From the human T2T-CHM13v2.0 reference genome, Homo sapiens, in the NCBI RefSeq assembly GCF_009914755.1, contig NC_060936.1: a DNA stretch of 64,000 nucleotides. One strand, given 5' to 3'. Positions 1 to 17,016 of this stretch are shown piece after piece; the first letter of the stretch is position 1; each line of letters begins with the position of its first letter. The notes under the pieces were generated by a model. It saw only the letters and a list, made by a program, of their open reading frames with translations. It was not told the origin of the DNA and ran no database searches. The position numbers were made by a program, and so were the translations under genes.

Positions 1-668
1 ACATCAAAACAAACTACTCATGGTCAAATAGAAAAAAAAGTAAAAGTATTCAACTAGGTGTTTGACTGAAGTGATTAAGAAGTTTAATTTTAAATAATTA
101 ATCTAATAACTACTTCTAGGTACCATCTGAATTTTTTTGTGAAATAATTTCTTAGCATAAATTTTTGTTTTAGGCAGATGTGCTACCTCTATATGAAATT
201 TTATCAGTTAAAGTTTATTTGTATAGTTACACACATAAAGATGACACACAAGTTCAGAGCTCAATGCTAACACTAATGATTCTTCTTCTCCACTTCCTAC
301 CAAAAGGGGTATGTAATTTTGAAACTAGAAGGTTGAATTCTGTTTAGAGGGTATAGACATAAATCTGACATTGGTTGATTCTGGGGCATGGACAAATGCA
401 AGGTCAGTGATGTCATAATTTGTAAATAATGATTATAATTATTACATTCATTATAATCTGTTATGTACAGCCTCAATTCCTTTGACCCACTATTGCAAGG
501 CTATATATTTGGGCAATATCCAAACCCCTGTTAAATCCAACTCTCTTCTAACTCTGCCTGCCCTCAAGCAGTGGACTGTGGGTAGGAAAAAGCACATAAC
601 CATGAGAATTGGTGTTACTTTTCTTTCACTGCACTAGCTTCAAGTCAGCCCTTAGTACTGTCAGGCAG

Positions 669-800
669 TCCTCCCTCCCTCCCTCTCTCCCTCCCTCCCT
701 CCCTCCCTCCCTCCCTCCCTCCCTCCTTCCTTCCTTCCTTCCTTCCTTCCTTCCTTCCTTTCTCTCTTCCTTCCTTCTTTTCTTTTCTTTCTTTTTTTTC
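669..800. repeat. Polypyrimidine tract (CCCT)n-(CCTT)n-(CTTT)n
   Basis: About 130 nt of C and T only. Confidence 0.95.
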
Positions 801-1800
801 TGGCACTACAAGATGCTCAAGAATCAACTTCTATATTTTTGTGCCCCAGTCTTTGGAATCAGACATTTCTCCAAGGAGCCTTAGTTAATTTTGTTTTGTG
901 TTTTGGAGAATGGTCTGGATGCCAGGTGTGCTTGTTGCCTCTGAGGTGTCATTGCTTCTAGGCCCTCTCAACTGACAGACCAAGAAAATATTGTACATAT
1001 ATGTATACCAGCACATGTATACCCACATATCTAGAAAAATTTCCATATGTAAATACCTCTATCTATATTATACTGAACATGAGTTCATACTGATGTCTCC
1101 AACTCTAATCCATTGCCACACAGATCATCCTAACCACCTTTACTTGCTTTTCTGTAAATTCCAACTCCAATAGTGAAATACTTGGCTCCCACCATCCATT
1201 TACTTAGCCGTTCAATCTCAGAATACATGTATAGCAGTATCAGAATTGTTAAACCTTACTCCTATGGTAAACAGCTTTATCAACTAAAGCACACTGCTTC
1301 TGTGTACTTTCTTTTGCTTTCAGTATTACAGACTTCATTAATCTCTAAAGTTACTTAGGTCGGCACCTTTTTCCCCAACCCCCTCAGGGAAGTTGTTTCA
1401 TACATTTATAATATGATTAGATTGCTTTGTCACATTCTGCATTCCATACTGGGATTCCCAGATGGAATCCTGCGAAATAATTTTTTAAGTTGAAAACTAA
1501 GGTTCGATTTTTATGTTATTATTCTACAGGTTTTGACAAATGTATAATTTCACACATCCAATGTTATAATATTATACAGAATAGTTTACTCCCCTAAAAA
1601 AAAAAATCCCATGTGCTTCACCTATCAATCCTTCTCCTTTCCCCTAAATCCCTGGCAACTCCTGATCTTTTTACCATTGCTACAGTTTCGCCTTTTCTAG
1701 AATGTCATATAATTTGAATTATATAGTATGTCCTCTTTTCCAATTGACTTTTTTCATGTCGCAATGTGCATTTCAGATTTATCCATACCTTTCTGATACT
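801..1800 (-). mobile_element. Old L1M (L1MC/L1MD-like) 3' fragment
   Basis: Motifs GGCACTACAAGATGCTC, CATTTCTCCAAGGAGCC and CCCTGGCAACTCCTGATC...TTTTCTAGAATGTCATAT resemble antisense L1M 3' UTR. Confidence 0.6.
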
Positions 1801-2019
1801 TGTGGGTTTGTTAATTAGTGTTGAAAGATTGTAAATAATTTTCCATTGATGAAATGAGTGCTCTACAAGATATGTGGCTGTCTAGAAAACTTGTATGCAT
1901 TCCCCCCTCACCCTTTACCTATGAGCCTGCATAAGGAGAGGACTGGGAAAAGGAGAGGAGAATATAATAACTTTTTAGCCTTATAGAAAGAATACTTCGT
2001 TAGGATTTTATCAGTTGTG

Positions 2020-2095
2020 TTCATTATTATATTCACAGTGTTTAGAACGATGCCTACCATATATTCGAACTCAATATTTGTTTGTTGAATGAGTA
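2020..2095 (+). mobile_element. L2 3'-end fragment
   Basis: CAGTGTTTAGAACGATGCCT...CTCAATATTTGTTTGTTGAATGA resembles the L2 terminus. Confidence 0.55.
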
Positions 2096-2480
2096 TTAAA
2101 ACCCCACTGACTTGAGATGTTAGAAGAATAAATAAATGTAATGTTATTTTTATTGGTTCCTGTTTCTTTTCATTCCAATCAAATGCTGGACTGAGAGAGT
2201 GAATTTGCAGGATATTCACCAATTGGATAGACTTGATAAATATTCTTTATAATATTGAGCTTTCTGTGGCCATGCACAGCTTTAAACATTTTTTCTCTGA
2301 TATTGTCTTCCCCCTCATTACTTAACCATGTCAACATTCTCTGAAAAAGTTAGGTTTCTCAATCATATAAATTTGAGAATTGCTATGTAGCTGGATAATG
2401 TTTGGAAGTGCATATTAATTTATGTTGTTGTCCTTCCTATCTTTCTCCCTTCCCTTGTTTCTTCCACAAACTAAAACAAT

Positions 2481-3772
<1,292 letters not shown>

Positions 3773-4110
3773 TCTAAGGATAGGCACAGGATTTGCACAC
3801 TGAATGAGATAAGGCTAAAACTACTTTACTTGAAAATTAAAGGAAAGAGTGAGCACAGAGAGGTACAGTTTAGGGACATTCTTCCAGGCTGTAGCTACTT
3901 ATGTGACACAAGCTTATGGGATGGGGATGCTGTAAAAACATGGATACTTTGGTGAACCATAAATCTGGATTTTTTGGCAGGGGTTGGGGGGTTATAGACA
4001 TATACTTTAAGTTCTGTTGAAGTCCCACTGTGTTGTGCCTAAGGACTAGCGTCCATTACTCCGGTGGTGACAAAGCCTTTCTATTAGAATTATTTTAAGT
4101 TTGGGCTTGA

Positions 4111-4428
<318 letters not shown>

Positions 4429-7400
4429 TGAACTTCCTACTATCATTTGCCTATAGATGGTAGAAATACCACAGCTCCTGATTCTCTCCTGTAGTACTTT
4501 TGTCACCGTACATTACTGCTTCTTGTAATTAAAGCTTTTTATTGTAAACATTCACAATATTTTATAATACCACATATGGATTACTATATACATATGTGTG
4601 TGTATATATATATGGATTTAGAATATCTATATTAATTCCATTAATTGAACATTTTTTATATGACTGGCACTAAAAATGTTCCTTTATAAATTTCTTTATG
4701 AGTCTCTTCTGGTGTACAATGAAACTATTATTTTAGTTTTATCTGATCCATAGGACTTTGTGAAAATGTCTTTGGTACAAATATTGTTTATTTTTAGGCA
4801 CTTATAAATCTTTTGAAATAACAGTGGTATTTTAAAATAGATACTTCAAATTCTCTTTCTTCCATTCTGGGCATTCCCTGCATCTATGGTTTAAGCCAAA
4901 CCCAAAATAAATATTTTAATTTGTTCTATTAAGATTCAACTTGTAAAAGAAAAAAAAGTTAGACAATATAAATTCTACAGTTAATATAATTTAAACTTAT
5001 TAGTCTACTGGGAAAAAATTCTAATTTTGAAGACTATTAAATGGGAACATTTTTAATCTTTAGGCCCCAGAAGTCAGTCTTACCAACATTAAGAAATAAA
5101 TGCACATAGATGATGTTTTTTAGGGCTGAATGACAAACATGACGTCAGCTAACCTCGATCATTTTGGTTGTCTAAATACAGACTATAACAAAATTGATTT
5201 GATTCCTTAATTATAACTTATTGAAAGGGCAGTTACAAATTTCACTTATTCTTGCTATGGTCACTAAAGCACAAACATTTTTGTGCTCAAATATCAACCT
5301 ATCAATAGCTACCAACTGTAAAACCAGTCTTTAGTTTTTCAAAGTCAAAATAATTAACTTGAAATATATTTCATTGTCAAATAAGTTGTAAAAGAATTAT
5401 TTCAAACAAATCCAAAACTTATTTTTGTTTATAGAAACAAGACAACACACAGTAAAATTGAGGAAATACAATAGTTTTTTCAATATAGTACCACAAGCCA
5501 TTTTTTCTGTAAAGGACCAAATATTAGATACTATCACAAAACATTTTATCACTCATTCAAAACAAGAATCATTCAGTTGCCCCAGGAAAAAACACACTGA
5601 AATTATTTTAGATAGCATAATAAGCTAGAGGATATAGAACATTTGAAAAACAGTTCCAAAAAATGGAATACTAAAGATGCAACATTAATTCTTAGTACAT
5701 TTGTTATGGTAATGAATTAAAGCATTATAGAATATATTCAAGTCAGAAATCCTGTAGTATGAAGACATACCTTCATATGTGAAAATATTATTTTATATTA
5801 ATAATAATTATTCTGGTATTTATATCAGATTTATCATCAGATTTTCTTTCCTGAATTTATTAATAATTTGACCATGGAACACAAAAATATTTCATTCATT
5901 TTATAATACTTTGTTTTAATTATTATTTAGAACATAAATCAATGTAAAAATGTGGGTATATACATACAAAAATACATAAAACTAAAAAGCAAAAAAATGG
6001 CATTTAACATTTAGCCATAATAATATATAACATACTACAGGTCACATGTACATTTTCATTCATGATAACTTAGTATGCCTAATAATTATGTTAAAACAAT
6101 ATTCTTAAAATGCTTATGTATACAATGGAATCTTAAAATGTGTGTGATTCGAACCATTTACACTGTCTTAAGCACTCAAAAGAAAGAAACTGTCTTCTGA
6201 ATAGTTCCTAAATTTTGGCTCAAATCGGCTGAGGTCCAATTCTAACGGAGAATCATTCTCTAATACTTACTGTCCTATGTTACTTATGATTCCAAATGTT
6301 GTCAACAATACTGAGTAGTACCAAAAGGGCTGGATGGAGGGGGTGGGCAGGGATACAGTGGCTGCTTCTGCATTTCCAGAACTAGCATCCCAGACGGCCC
6401 TGTCCTGGGCTTCCTCTAAATAAAGCTATTGCCTCCAATATGAATAACCATAAGGCTCCAATTAACATGGGTTTGTCTAACCTCTGATATTTGGGGTGAA
6501 GGATTAGGTTTAATTTCTCCCTGGTTGGCATCTAACTAAATTTTAGGTAGAGCCAAACTCTGAAGCCATAATTTAACACTCTGAAAGTCCAATTAAGTTA
6601 CAAAAACATAGGCTTTAGAGTCTGAAAACATCAAACTTTAACCTAATCGGGTTTCTTGTGTAATAACAGATGAAAGTTGTTTCTTAATCATTAGTAGTTG
6701 TCCATTCTAGAAACTGTAATAAGCTTGGCAGGGTCCTGTGTATCATTAAGACTGCTTAGTATTTTTTTCTCTAAAACCATACCCTTCCCGAAATCATGGC
6801 ATAAGACTTGTTTGATGATGATAGAAATTCTATATGTAAAACAAGTATATAATTAACCCAAGAATTTCACTGATTTCCTTCACAATTGTGTTCCAAATGA
6901 AATTTCAAAATAAAAGCCAAGTAGTTTTACACTTTAGAATACATGCTCCAAAATTAACCCATTAAGCACTTAATAATGCACTCTAAATTGTTTCTTTACC
7001 ATCATCAGTTAATATTCATCAAATGCCCAACTGATTAGTTTCTCCCTACTGGACATTTTTTATATATCACATTCCTAATACCCATATAGAGGCATTAAAA
7101 TTGTGTACTTGCAGGATCTTCCCACTGTTAACTGTGAAAAATAAAATAAGGTGCTGCAACACATTTTTTTCTTGACTGTAAGCTGTTATTTGGCATAATA
7201 TCTCAGGTCTTCTCTTTAGTCAAGAAAAGGAAAACTTCCCTTCCCGGAATACTTTTTCAGTTTCTCTTCTTCTGAAACAGACAGGCAGGTAGATTCCTTC
7301 CAATCTGAAATATTGTTTTGAGATATGTGGCGTCCATTTCTGGGTACATAACATTGAGAAAATTTAGCAACCAGACAGATGAAACTTCTCAGCCTAAACC

Positions 7401-8041
7401 GCAGAGAATAAGACCATGTATTTGCCTAGTGCAGAACTAGCACCCAGATCTCATGTTTCCCCAGCCCATTTTCTACTGTCTCATCTCCCAATACATTTAA
7501 AAGGAGAAAATACAACTGGGTAGGGTGATATGCACTTTTTTTTGTGAGCTGTTCTCAGAAATAACATTCAAATTGAATTGTTTTGCTTGGGGGTACATAT
7601 CAACATTTTGAAGCAAGATCTATAGGTTCTGAGGTTCTTACTTTGGAAATGGATTTAGAAAAAAATGGGTTCATCTTAGTTCCAAACCAAAAAGCTTTAG
7701 TTTTTGAACTATCAAAGAGTTGTTAAAAGGACTGACAGTCTTCGAGTGCTGGGTTACTGAGATGCTACTCTAACTCAAATAATGAATTAATTAATTTAGT
7801 TATGGCTTATATTGGACAGTACCCTTTAAGAGACATATTTGTTATTTTTAGAAAGAAGAATTTGAAAACCTAGGGAGTCCCTAGGTTTATAATCTCTATA
7901 AAGCATTTGGAAACATGTTTTTAGGCCTATCAATACAAGGAGCCTAAGGGCTGAGAATTTCAAAAGGCAGAAGAATGAAGAGGAGTGAAGTTATCGCTTC
8001 CGGGTTCTCACAGTGCTATCCAGTTCTCATTTTCTTATCTA

Positions 8042-8305
<264 letters not shown>

Positions 8306-8744
8306 TTAAGGATGCAAAATATTTATGATGTATCCTCAAATCATTGCATGATCTCTAAGAAGAAGAAGCAGCCAGACAAAATAGCTAGGAAAAAAATCAC
8401 TGAGTTCCATTAATGAAAAATGTAATAACAGCAAAGTAGTGTAATTGGTCTCCGTTTAAAAATGGAAAAAATTGATGCTTGTGGGTGGCTTTGATCTACC
8501 TGCATTCAAAGAAAAGCAAGTTCTGTCTTTAAATTGGAAAACTTTAGTCAGGCAGGAGAAGTCAAGCTGAGCAGTCACTGGAAATGTTGTCCAATGAATC
8601 AGCGATCTATATTTAAATTTTAGGATTTTATATCCCAGCCATGAAATGAACCAATTCTAGTTAATGAAAAATAAACTGGAAAACATCTGTGCAATTTTGG
8701 AGATCCCAAGGCTATAATAAAAGCAACTGCTAGCATGTGTATAG

Positions 8745-8890
8745 TACTTTACTATTTCTGAAGCTCTTTTAACATATTTGATTTCATTTAGTCCTTACAA
8801 CAACCCTGTGAGGTAAGTGTTATCAACCCCACGGTAAGTCAAGGAAACAGAGGCTTTATATGTGTTTAAGAAACTTGCCTAAAGTTGTGG
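8745..8890 (-). mobile_element. MIR fragment
   Basis: CATTTAGTCCTTACAACAACCCTGTGAGGTA...AGGAAACAGAGGC...AACTTGCCTAAAGT. Confidence 0.7.
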
Positions 8891-10010
8891 ATTTAATAAT
8901 GAAGGAAGCCAGTCTGGGCACAGAGCAGTTCTCTTTCCATCTGTCACCCATGTCCCAACCCTGTCTCATCTCTGCTTTGCAATTGTTAGATGAGTGAGAG
9001 ATTGGAAAGACAAAGCTATTTTTAATTAAACATGTTGGGACACTTTATATCCTGAGTCACTCTTTAGGATACTCATATTATGAATCTGAATTCCCCAAAC
9101 ATGAAGATAATGATCTTGTTAATGTCCAGCATAGCACAGGATACCCTTGTAACACTGATCAAAATACGTTTACAATGTCCAAGAGAAAGTCCAGAGTACC
9201 TTAAGCAATCCTTTTCTACTCTTTTAATAAAATTTGGCTTTCCTTATACAAATCTGACTTTAAAACAACCTCGCAGTGGGGGAAAAAAGATATTTTTGGC
9301 CAGTCAACATTTCCTCTCACCTTCAGCATCTCAGTTTTCATGCTTTTCTTGACCAATAATATGTGAGGAACCAAAAGGAGGCCACTGCCAGTTGTAAAGT
9401 TACCATTTTGAAATGCAAGGTGATTGATAGCTTCTAATAGAACTCTAAACTGGCCACAATGAGCAGGAGCTCATTACACCCCAGGCACTTGTACTCCTAG
9501 GAGGTACCATCCCATCTCCTGGACACTGTTTAAGGCTGCATTTTCTGATGCACAAATTAATTTTAATGGATGAAAACATAATTTCTCTGAAGTTTTCTCT
9601 GAATATTAAGACTGATGATGAGCTCTCTTTGTTCAGAAATAGTGCCGCATTTTATGTGACTTTTAAACCAATCAAGTCTTACTTATGTTAGAAATGAAAA
9701 TAAAAGAAACTAACAACAAAATATAAAGCTAGGGTGGTTATGATTTTTCCTTTAAAAATATAACTTCTGTTGTATTTCTGGGAATCAGACCTGCATATTT
9801 TAGTACAGCATGTTTCCATTAATATTCCATACAAAATAATGTCTAGTTTTTGGTAGCAATATGAAAATGCAACTAGAAACACAGTCTCATACACAATGAA
9901 TTGATTTATGGTTATATTAATAAAGTGTATTTGTTCTTGTGATTTCTAGCTCAATTCAGCTAATGAGCCAAAAAGTCAATCACAAGAATCAAGTTGCATG
10001 AATGCAAGGC

Positions 10011-10370
<360 letters not shown>

Positions 10371-12194
10371 TTAAGAAGGCATAAACTTCTGGATTATCAT
10401 AGAAAATGAACTATTTTGTTTATCAATCAGGGAAATGGGGAGTGTTTGAAAATTGCTTGACTATAAAATATTTTTGTAAGCAAGATGCCTTAAAATTAAT
10501 TCAAGTATTTTTAAAACACTATCAAAATATTTAAATAGAATTGAGTGGGAATTTTACGAGGTTAAGACTATTAAGTAATTGATTTTAAAAATCTCTATCT
10601 TCTATACTCGAACTAGCATGTGCTAATGACACAGCAGTTACAGAATGGCTACAATTGTAATGAAATTTTAAGATAATTTTAAATAACCATGTATACCAAA
10701 TTGTATTTATCCTAATAACTCAGGAAAAAATATTGCATTAGGGATCAAGTTTAGTAGTTTTAAATATTCTTATAATATGAAAACCATACAGAAGAAGTCC
10801 CTGGATGATATAAGCTTTAGTTGTTTTTCTTTGGTTAGAAATTTGGAAAACCATCTGTGGTTGTGGTTCAAACAAATTATATTAAGAAGAACAGTAGAAT
10901 TAGGAAATTCCAACAGGATTCTAAAATATTTTATGATAATTAGCACTGGTAAACTGCATAAATATTATAACCTTTCACAGTGGAGCTACAGTGCTGATAA
11001 TATACCTTTTCTAAAAATAAGAATAATCAATAAACACTGACTTTTCCTTGATTATTAAATATAAACTTGGATCTTCTCACTCTTGTTATGCCAGAAAACA
11101 ATTACAGGTTATTATTTAATCATACTTAGTGCTAAGATGCTGCTATCAAAGGTGATCAGGAGCCATGGGTAAGATGGTATTCACAAAGAATGAAAATTAC
11201 CAACATATCTATGCACAATTGAAGTTTTTATTACTTGAGTGTAAATTCTGCTAAAGCAATAATTAGACTGAATTTCTTTATTTGATGGACAATATGAAGA
11301 GGCTTCTAAGATCAAGCAAGATAAGAAATAGCAAACCAAAAATAAAGTGTTTATATTGTATTTTTCATTATCGCTAGTATTATAGTCAGTAAGAATATTT
11401 AAGTTAAATTCATACTGAAATGTTTTATTTGCAAATATAACTTCCAAAGCATATTACATACCTCCCCTACTCCAATTCCAAAAAGCAAAAGGAGAACAGC
11501 TACTCCCAGATACCTATTTCCTGTTACCAGAAACATTCTGGTAACAACTGTACCATTGAATTTATTTGGTTTGAGTTCCGACAAGCACTGGAATTTATTT
11601 AGTTTGAGTTTTTGTCTTTACTAGAAGAAAATATTTTCAAGATGCAAAATTAAATAATTTTTTTTGCAAGTCACTGTGAAGTTAGTTTTTCTAGTTTGGG
11701 AAGGAATTAAAATCAAACACAATAGTAGGTGCAGAGAACATTTCCAGTAAACTACTGTAAGAGTTGGGTGGAGAGATGTAGAGCCGTGTGGTCAAATGAG
11801 TGGTGAAAGACTAATGAATTAGTCTAATGAATTTAGTTTATCAATAATTCTGCTTTGAAATACCAAGAAAAAACTATTAATCATTGTTAGAAAAAAATAG
11901 ATTATAACGAGAAAGGAACATTATTAGCTAAATGCCAAATTGGAATTACTCACCTTCTAAAGAATTTTTCTCCAGCTTTCTTTAGAAATATATATCTGTT
12001 TCTATCCTTGCCCCTGAGGCATTTCTACACATTTTTAAAATTAATTGTAATACTTTTCACAATCCAACAAAAAGCAGTTGTGACAGTAAAAATATTTCCC
12101 TGAATCCAATAGACCTGAAATGGTGTTAATACAGTAGCTAGTGATTTAGCAAAAGTCATTCTTCGGCTTTGTAGTTGCTTGGCTGACTCTAGGA

Positions 12195-12385
12195 CACAGT
12201 TTCTGGAATTGTGGTCTTAGGATCATTGCACACTACAAATGCAGAGTCCTGAGCCCCATTCCAGACATTCTTAATTAGAATGTCTGCATGGGGAATCCAG
12301 GAATATGCTTTTTTTTTTTTTAAACAGTGTTCCTCCAAGGTGCGACTCTTATGTACACATAGAAGTTTAAAAACTACTGCCCTAG
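12195..12385. mobile_element. MER5-like hAT-Charlie DNA element in the intron
   Basis: AAATGCAGAGTCCTGAGCCCCATTCCAGAC...CCAGGAATATGC...AGTTTAAAAACTACTG. Confidence 0.6.
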
Positions 12386-12409
12386 AAGATACTATGAAGA
12401 AAATTGCTA

Positions 12410-13678
<1,269 letters not shown>

Positions 13679-13753
13679 TCAGCAGGGTGAGCTGGCCCCT
13701 CTCCCTGCTCTGCCTTTTTTCAACTTCGGCGAGGTCGGGAAGGTGAGCTCCGA

Positions 13754-13880
13754 GCTTCCGGAAGCACTGGGTTCCCAACTCAAGTATTTATGCGGTGCTT
13801 GTTTCCTTGGGACGCGCTCCCTCCCGCCCTATTGCCGGAAGACTGCTGGTTGCCTACTCCCCGCTCCCTGGAGTTTTATT
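13754..13880 (-). promoter_or_regulatory. Candidate proximal promoter: TATA-like elements, CAAT, GC box and palindromic ETS site
   Basis: Read on the minus strand: AATAAAA (13880-13874), GGCAAT next to GGGCGGG (about 13836-13823), CATAAATA (13792-13785) and the palindrome GCTTCCGGAAGC (13754-13765). Confidence 0.5.
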
Positions 13881-15169
13881 TTTTCCTCTCCCTACGTCGG
13901 TGTTTGTCCTCTGCATCACTGTGGAGGGGGTGGAGCTGGGAGACTCGCAGATTCCTCCTCACAGTAGGTGGGATCGTGGCGCTTTCCCGCTTTTCCCTTC
14001 CAAAAACTTGGACAACTGGACGAGTCATGCCTTTTCTGGGCTCGTAGCCGTTTCCACAAGCTTCCCTCACTAGCCTTCCTCGCTAGCCTCCTTAACCATG
14101 CATTTGACTTCAACAGGCACGCTAAGCGCGGTACCTGGAAACCTCCAGTCCACGCACCGGCGTCCACGCATCTAGCTCCTGCACCTGAACCTGGCTCTCG
14201 ACCTCACCTCCTCCAGTCCGGGTTTCTTCCTTCTCACCGAGCTCACCCGTGCAGCAGTCTGGCAAATTTTATTCCCCAGGCAAATTTTCCCGGGGCAAAC
14301 ATTTCTCCCCGCTCGTGACTTAAAGAGCTATCTCTTCCTAGTAACGTCTTTGATGCATGCTATTTATTACCCTATGTTTGCGACGGGAAGAACGCACTCA
14401 TCACTTTGCAGCCCCAGTGGCTGCTGTGCCTGTATTCACAGCGGGGTTTGGGGGGAGTGTCTCCTGGTTTTCTCTATGGAGACTAGGGACTTAAGGAGTT
14501 TTCTCTAGATTCCTGGGGTTTTCTGCGGGAAAAGCCTGATTCCCACAGCGGGGATGGCGGAAATTTGGCCGCAGTGGTCCGTGGGGACCGTCTGGTTACT
14601 ACTGAGTCGTGGGGACATCTTTTTGGGTGGACAAAGAGCAGCTGCCGGACAGCGGCCATCCAGGCAGTGCTGTCCAGGGCAAGGGACAGAAAACCCGCCC
14701 GGCTCCTGTGCTCAGGAGTAAGAAAGAGGCAATCTCAAAGAGAGGAAAGAGGCCCTGGGAAGGAGGGGAAACAACCACCTACCTAGTAATCCGTTACTCT
14801 GAACAGCTGGAGCCCCTCTGCAGGGCGGGAGGGAGGCAGAAATGCGATCTCCCTCAGCTCTGTTTTAACGTTGGTGAAGATATGCCTCGACGGACAGCAA
14901 GGGGGAGCTGTTTTCAGGCAATTTTACAAGGAAGAAAGGAAGCCGTTTCTGCAGTTATCTGCTGTGTAGATGCAGGAGCATGACTTTGTTGGTCAGAACG
15001 TTTCAGTATTGTGGCCGTGGTATAAATTTAATTGCCTCAGAAAAATATCACCCTCTGTGAAACGTAGGCAAAAAATGCAAAAGATTTTATTCATTGCAGT
15101 TCTCAGTAATAATTCCACTTTACTATCCAGTCCGTTCATGCAGAGTTACCAAGGTTGTCACGTTGAGAT

Positions 15170-15335
15170 GCTGGACTTGAAATCTGGAGTCCTGCTTCCT
15201 GTGGCTAGATAATCCTGGGTCTGTGCGTCTTATAAATGGAAATGAAAGGACCTGCCTTTCCTGTTGTTGAGGTCATCGGGAAGATCAAGTAAGACAATGT
15301 TCTGTATGGGGGAAATGCTCTAAAAACTGAAAGCT
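15170..15335 (+). mobile_element. Degenerate MIR fragment
   Basis: Partial match to the MIR core and 3' end (TATAAATGGAAATGA...AAGATCAAGTAAGACAATG...AAATGCTCTAAAAACT). Confidence 0.45.
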
Positions 15336-15952
15336 GTGTTGTGTTGGTTCATTTTCTCCAAGATATCCAGGAGGCAGAAGATTGAAATGGTTCAGGGATG
15401 GAAGGTAATAGGTAAAAGGTTTCCAGACCACCTGTCTGGAAAAAATCCTTCAAGCAATTAGGTAATAGTCACTGACTCAGAGAATTCACTTTCTTTTAAG
15501 TCACAAATTACACTATTAGTGCTCCTGATGAGAAAGAATGTTGACTGAACCTAGTGTCTGGGTATTGCAAAAGTGGTTTGTTGGCCACAGCCTAGTAATT
15601 TTGTGGCTCTTGGCCCTACACACTTGAGCTTTTAGGTTTTTTTCAGGAGAGGAAATCTGCAATACAGGCTCACCAATATCTCTGTGGAGGTTCTTATTCC
15701 AGGAGATAGGGTGGTGGCCTCTCAGGAAATCATCTGTGTCAGACAATCTGATCCAATTATAAAACTATATCCAATTATCCAAATTATAAAAATAACCTCT
15801 CAAGTTATGTTGGTGGATACAGTTGGAAGATATTATTGTTCAGTGACAACAGTACCAATTATCCATATATATCAAATGTATATATGCTTGATACATAGAT
15901 GTATGTTTATATGTATGCATCTGGCCATTCTATGTATCATGTGTCAATCAAT

Positions 15953-15966
15953 CATCTATCTATCTG

Positions 15967-16004
<38 letters not shown>

Positions 16005-16020
16005 ATCCATCTATCTGTCT
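15953..16020 (-). repeat. RS1 (GATA)n tetranucleotide microsatellite
   Basis: (TCTA)n array with TCTG and TCCA interruptions, about 2.5 kb upstream of the ATG. Confidence 0.9.
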
Positions 16021-17016
16021 CTCGCTGGTTGTGCTGGATGCCATGGGGCCTGGAAAGCAGGAAAAAAAAATGTTCATTGCAGATTGTAGAACCAGTCCCT
16101 TTGTTTAATCCATATAGTTTTAAACATGTTTTTGACTTAATTTAACTGGTTTTATATACAAAGGAAAGCAGGACTATTACATATGAGGCACTACTCATAT
16201 GCCTCACTGGACCTGCTATTAAATTACCCCATAGAGAGTAAAATAATTGTGGTCTTAAAATATGAAAAAGAAAACACAACAGACAATATTTTATGTGGCA
16301 CCTTGTGCTTTTTCTTAGAGCAATTTACATTTTCTCTGTACTTTTTGTATTATTAAGACTTACCTTTTCCCTCTTACTCTTTGTAGACTTCAGTTAACAA
16401 ATTTTAGGGGTGAAATAATGAAAAAAATAAGGAAGTTGTGCATACATATCCTGGAATAATCATTCTCTTTCATTTACCAATCTTCTTTCCTTTCACTTCA
16501 TAATTCCAGATATTTGAGAAGTACTTCAGTTCATGGAAGCAGCTATCTCCTTCACTTACTAGCAGTAAGACTTTGTTTTCATCTTCGAGTTTCAAATTCT
16601 TCACTGTAAAATCTTGGTGATTAAACACAATGCAGTTGCTGCAAAGATTATATAAATGGTTGTTTAAATTTCTGGCATTTTATCGGTGTTCAAAACATTT
16701 TCTTTTTTTCATACATGTAAATCCTCCAAATTACCAGCTATTTTACCATTAACATTTTCCCTTCCAATTAAAGCAAAATATTCCCAATTTACATATGTGC
16801 AATGAGAAGAGTTTTATGGTTAAATATGTTGGAGAAGTGCTGTGTATGCATCCCACCCTCTCCTGGTGATTTATACATAAAAAGGACCTGAGAAACTTCA
16901 GAAAAGAAACTTACTTAACCTTGTTCATCAATGTTTTCCAAGGTTATTTTACCATGGAAACTCCCCATTTTTTTACTTTCCCCATGGAATGGTGATGAAC
17001 ATGTCACAAGACAAGG

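Noticed and set aside
609-884. ORFs with LPPS/LPSF repeats, and similar ones across RS1 and RS3 (IYLS, HT/ER runs)
   Set aside because: Translations of simple repeats.
14636-14657. Possible REST/NRSE site (GGACAGCGGCC)
   Set aside because: Only a partial right half-site. The TTCAGCACC left half is not matched.
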